Positions 44,122 through 45,802 of a stretch of DNA of 45,802 nt are shown one piece after another. The stretch covers positions 1 to 45,802 of IMG/VR virus record IMGVR_UViG_3300023270_000003; one strand, given 5' to 3'. This DNA comes from a virus (Duplodnaviria > Caudoviricetes). The stretch's first letter is position 1; the number at the start of each line of letters is the position of its first letter. The notes beneath the pieces were generated by a model. It was not told the DNA's origin, made no database searches, and was given only the letters and a program-made list of their open reading frames with translations. A program made the translations under genes and the position numbers.

Positions 44122-45802
44122 ATGTCTCTAGTTAAAGACACAGTAGCGATTTCCTTCTCCTCTGGTATTCAGCCTAGCCAGAGAGAGCGGCTGCTTCCTC
44201 CAGAGAAGCTTCTTGTTGCTCAAAACTGCTCGTTTATTCGAGATGAGGGGCCGCAGAAGCGCAACGGGCACGTTAGCAGAGTGATTAGGACTTCTGCTGA
44301 CTATGTCGGGATGGGAGGTATTCCGAGCCCAACGGCCATGCCAGGCAGGCAAATTTACTCCACGGCGAATCCTAACATCTCGCCTAACTGGCTTCTGGGG
44401 TGGGGAATTCGCGGCACAGAACTAGCCACCTCTACGAGCCCGTTCGAAGTTTCCCCACAAGCTAATGCTGGGCAGGTTCTTGGGCAAGCTTCAAGAGACG
44501 ACGAAATCATTTCTTGGGACGGCTTTCGAGCTTTTGTATACGCGCCACTGCAAACCGCAAAGTTTGGTGAGCCTCAAAATAGTGTGTCACCTGGGGCCTC
44601 TATACGTGGTCCGTGGGTGATGCCAACCATGCGTGTGGAACCTGTCGCAAAGATTTCAGATTCCCAGCTTTTTCCGGATGCAGCAGACAACGGTGTCCTG
44701 AGGGTCGTGGCTTGGATTAACTCTGACCTCACCAGCATTGGCTATTCGGTTTACGACAGCTCTAACGGCGCGTGTCTGGTCTTTAATCAGCGGTTTACCG
44801 GCGGGTCCGCCAAGTCAGTGAGGTGTATCACTGTTGGGACGTGGTTTCACATCCTGGTGTCAGACTCCAACTCTAATACCCTCACCATGCGGAGTTTTCA
44901 GCAGGATTCGCCCACCAGCGTCACCACGAGGTCACTAGGGCCTGTTGATAACCAGTTTGACTGCAAGAAAATCGACGAGCATGGGTTTGTCGTTATTCGC
45001 TCCAAAGCCTCTGTGATTACGGCCATTGTCCTGAATCAAGATGGGAGCACTAACCTAACATTCACTCCAAACCTTTTTGGTAACCCGGCCAACACGAACA
45101 ATGCCATTGCGTGCGCAGTCGATTTTGACAAGAACATCGGCATTGCTTGGCAATCTGGGGCAGGACCCGTAACCACCTTTTTTGCCGTGTATTCACCTGG
45201 TGGCGCCCCTATTAACGTCTCCAGTCCTGCAACGGTTACCACCAGCACAGCAAGACGGCTTACTTTGGCTCCTAGGGCTGTTGGGACAAATATCTCTGGC
45301 GTGCTTTGGGATGTTTTTATTGAGGATTTGGTCTCAGGACAGGTCCAGACTCGGTGTGTTACCGTGCAAGCTGCTGCTACTTCAGGCACAGCCACCGCCA
45401 CACGGCATCGAGTGACCATTGCTAGCCACGCGTTTCAGGTCGGTAACAGGACATTCCTGTGGTGCTCCTCCCCTAATCCAGGCACCGTTTCTGGCCTCCA
45501 AACGTCTTGGTATCTTTGTGATGCTAGCCTGCAGCCAGTGGGCAAAATGTCTTACGGGACCGCGAATGCTGATTTTGGTACTACTCTGAATACGTTGCCT
45601 AGCGTCAATTGGCATACGGATGACGACATGCATCCGGGCAAGGACCGAATCGTTTTCCATGGGGCGCTTGGATACAAGCAAAGGGTGCAATCTACTGCGC
45701 TCTCCCCTCGCCCGTCGGGTGTGTTTACTGAGCCTAGTGTCAACTTCTATAAGCTGGACTTTATCCCTAAGCTCAGGGCCGGGCAAGCGGGGCGGACTAC
45801 CT
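44122..45802 (+). CDS. Tail nozzle / DNA stabilization protein, 5' part (continues at position 1)
   Basis: MSLVKDTVAISFSSGIQ...AQN....KRNGH; runs into the terminal overlap in frame with 16-1809; absent from track because the contig ends. Confidence 0.7.
   Translation, partial: MSLVKDTVAISFSSGIQPSQRERLLPPEKLLVAQNCSFIRDEGPQKRNGHVSRVIRTSADYVGMGGIPSPTAMPGRQIYSTANPNISPNWLLGWGIRGTELATSTSPFEVSPQANAGQVLGQASRDDEIISWDGFRAFVYAPLQTAKFGEPQNSVSPGASIRGPWVMPTMRVEPVAKISDSQLFPDAADNGVLRVVAWINSDLTSIGYSVYDSSNGACLVFNQRFTGGSAKSVRCITVGTWFHILVSDSNSNTLTMRSFQQDSPTSVTTRSLGPVDNQFDCKKIDEHGFVVIRSKASVITAIVLNQDGSTNLTFTPNLFGNPANTNNAIACAVDFDKNIGIAWQSGAGPVTTFFAVYSPGGAPINVSSPATVTTSTARRLTLAPRAVGTNISGVLWDVFIEDLVSGQVQTRCVTVQAAATSGTATATRHRVTIASHAFQVGNRTFLWCSSPNPGTVSGLQTSWYLCDASLQPVGKMSYGTANADFGTTLNTLPSVNWHTDDDMHPGKDRIVFHGALGYKQRVQSTALSPRPSGVFTEPSVNFYKLDFIPKLRAGQAGRTT
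45670..45802. repeat. Terminal direct repeat copy 2 (circular assembly overlap)
   Basis: Matches 1-133; circular genome length about 45669 bp. Confidence 0.97.

Noticed and set aside
45670-45802. Biological direct terminal repeat
   Set aside because: Interrupts a tail gene in frame; best explained as assembler overlap

Overview
Apparently complete, circularly assembled (~45.67 kb) tailed dsDNA phage genome with podovirus-like organisation. Bases 45670-45802 repeat bases 1-133 (1 mismatch) inside a tail gene, so this is an assembly overlap. The + strand carries the late module: TerS, GNAT, TerL, portal, scaffold, major capsid, adaptor, nozzle, ejection proteins, a signal-peptide-bearing beta-helix protein, holin/spanins and a DUF559 nuclease. 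The - strand carries the early/middle module: small early genes, a broken DndB-like gene, amidoligase plus class II glutamine amidotransferase, C39-like peptidase, ERF SSAP, Cas4-like nuclease, SSB, DnaB-like helicase, phosphoesterase, split PolA, MazG-like dUTPase, ThyX and an NlpC/P60-type endolysin. No integrase, repressor, RNA polymerase, primase, tRNA or CRISPR array was recognised. Spanins imply a Gram-negative host. The most striking signals are non-coding: a textbook type II hammerhead ribozyme between the first two early genes, a dense bidirectional array of sigma54-type -24/-12 boxes, a ~220-nt multi-stem candidate ncRNA behind its own promoter, and a helix-GACAG-hairpin RNA motif present twice. 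All calls are by eye from motifs and synteny; no database search or folding was run.
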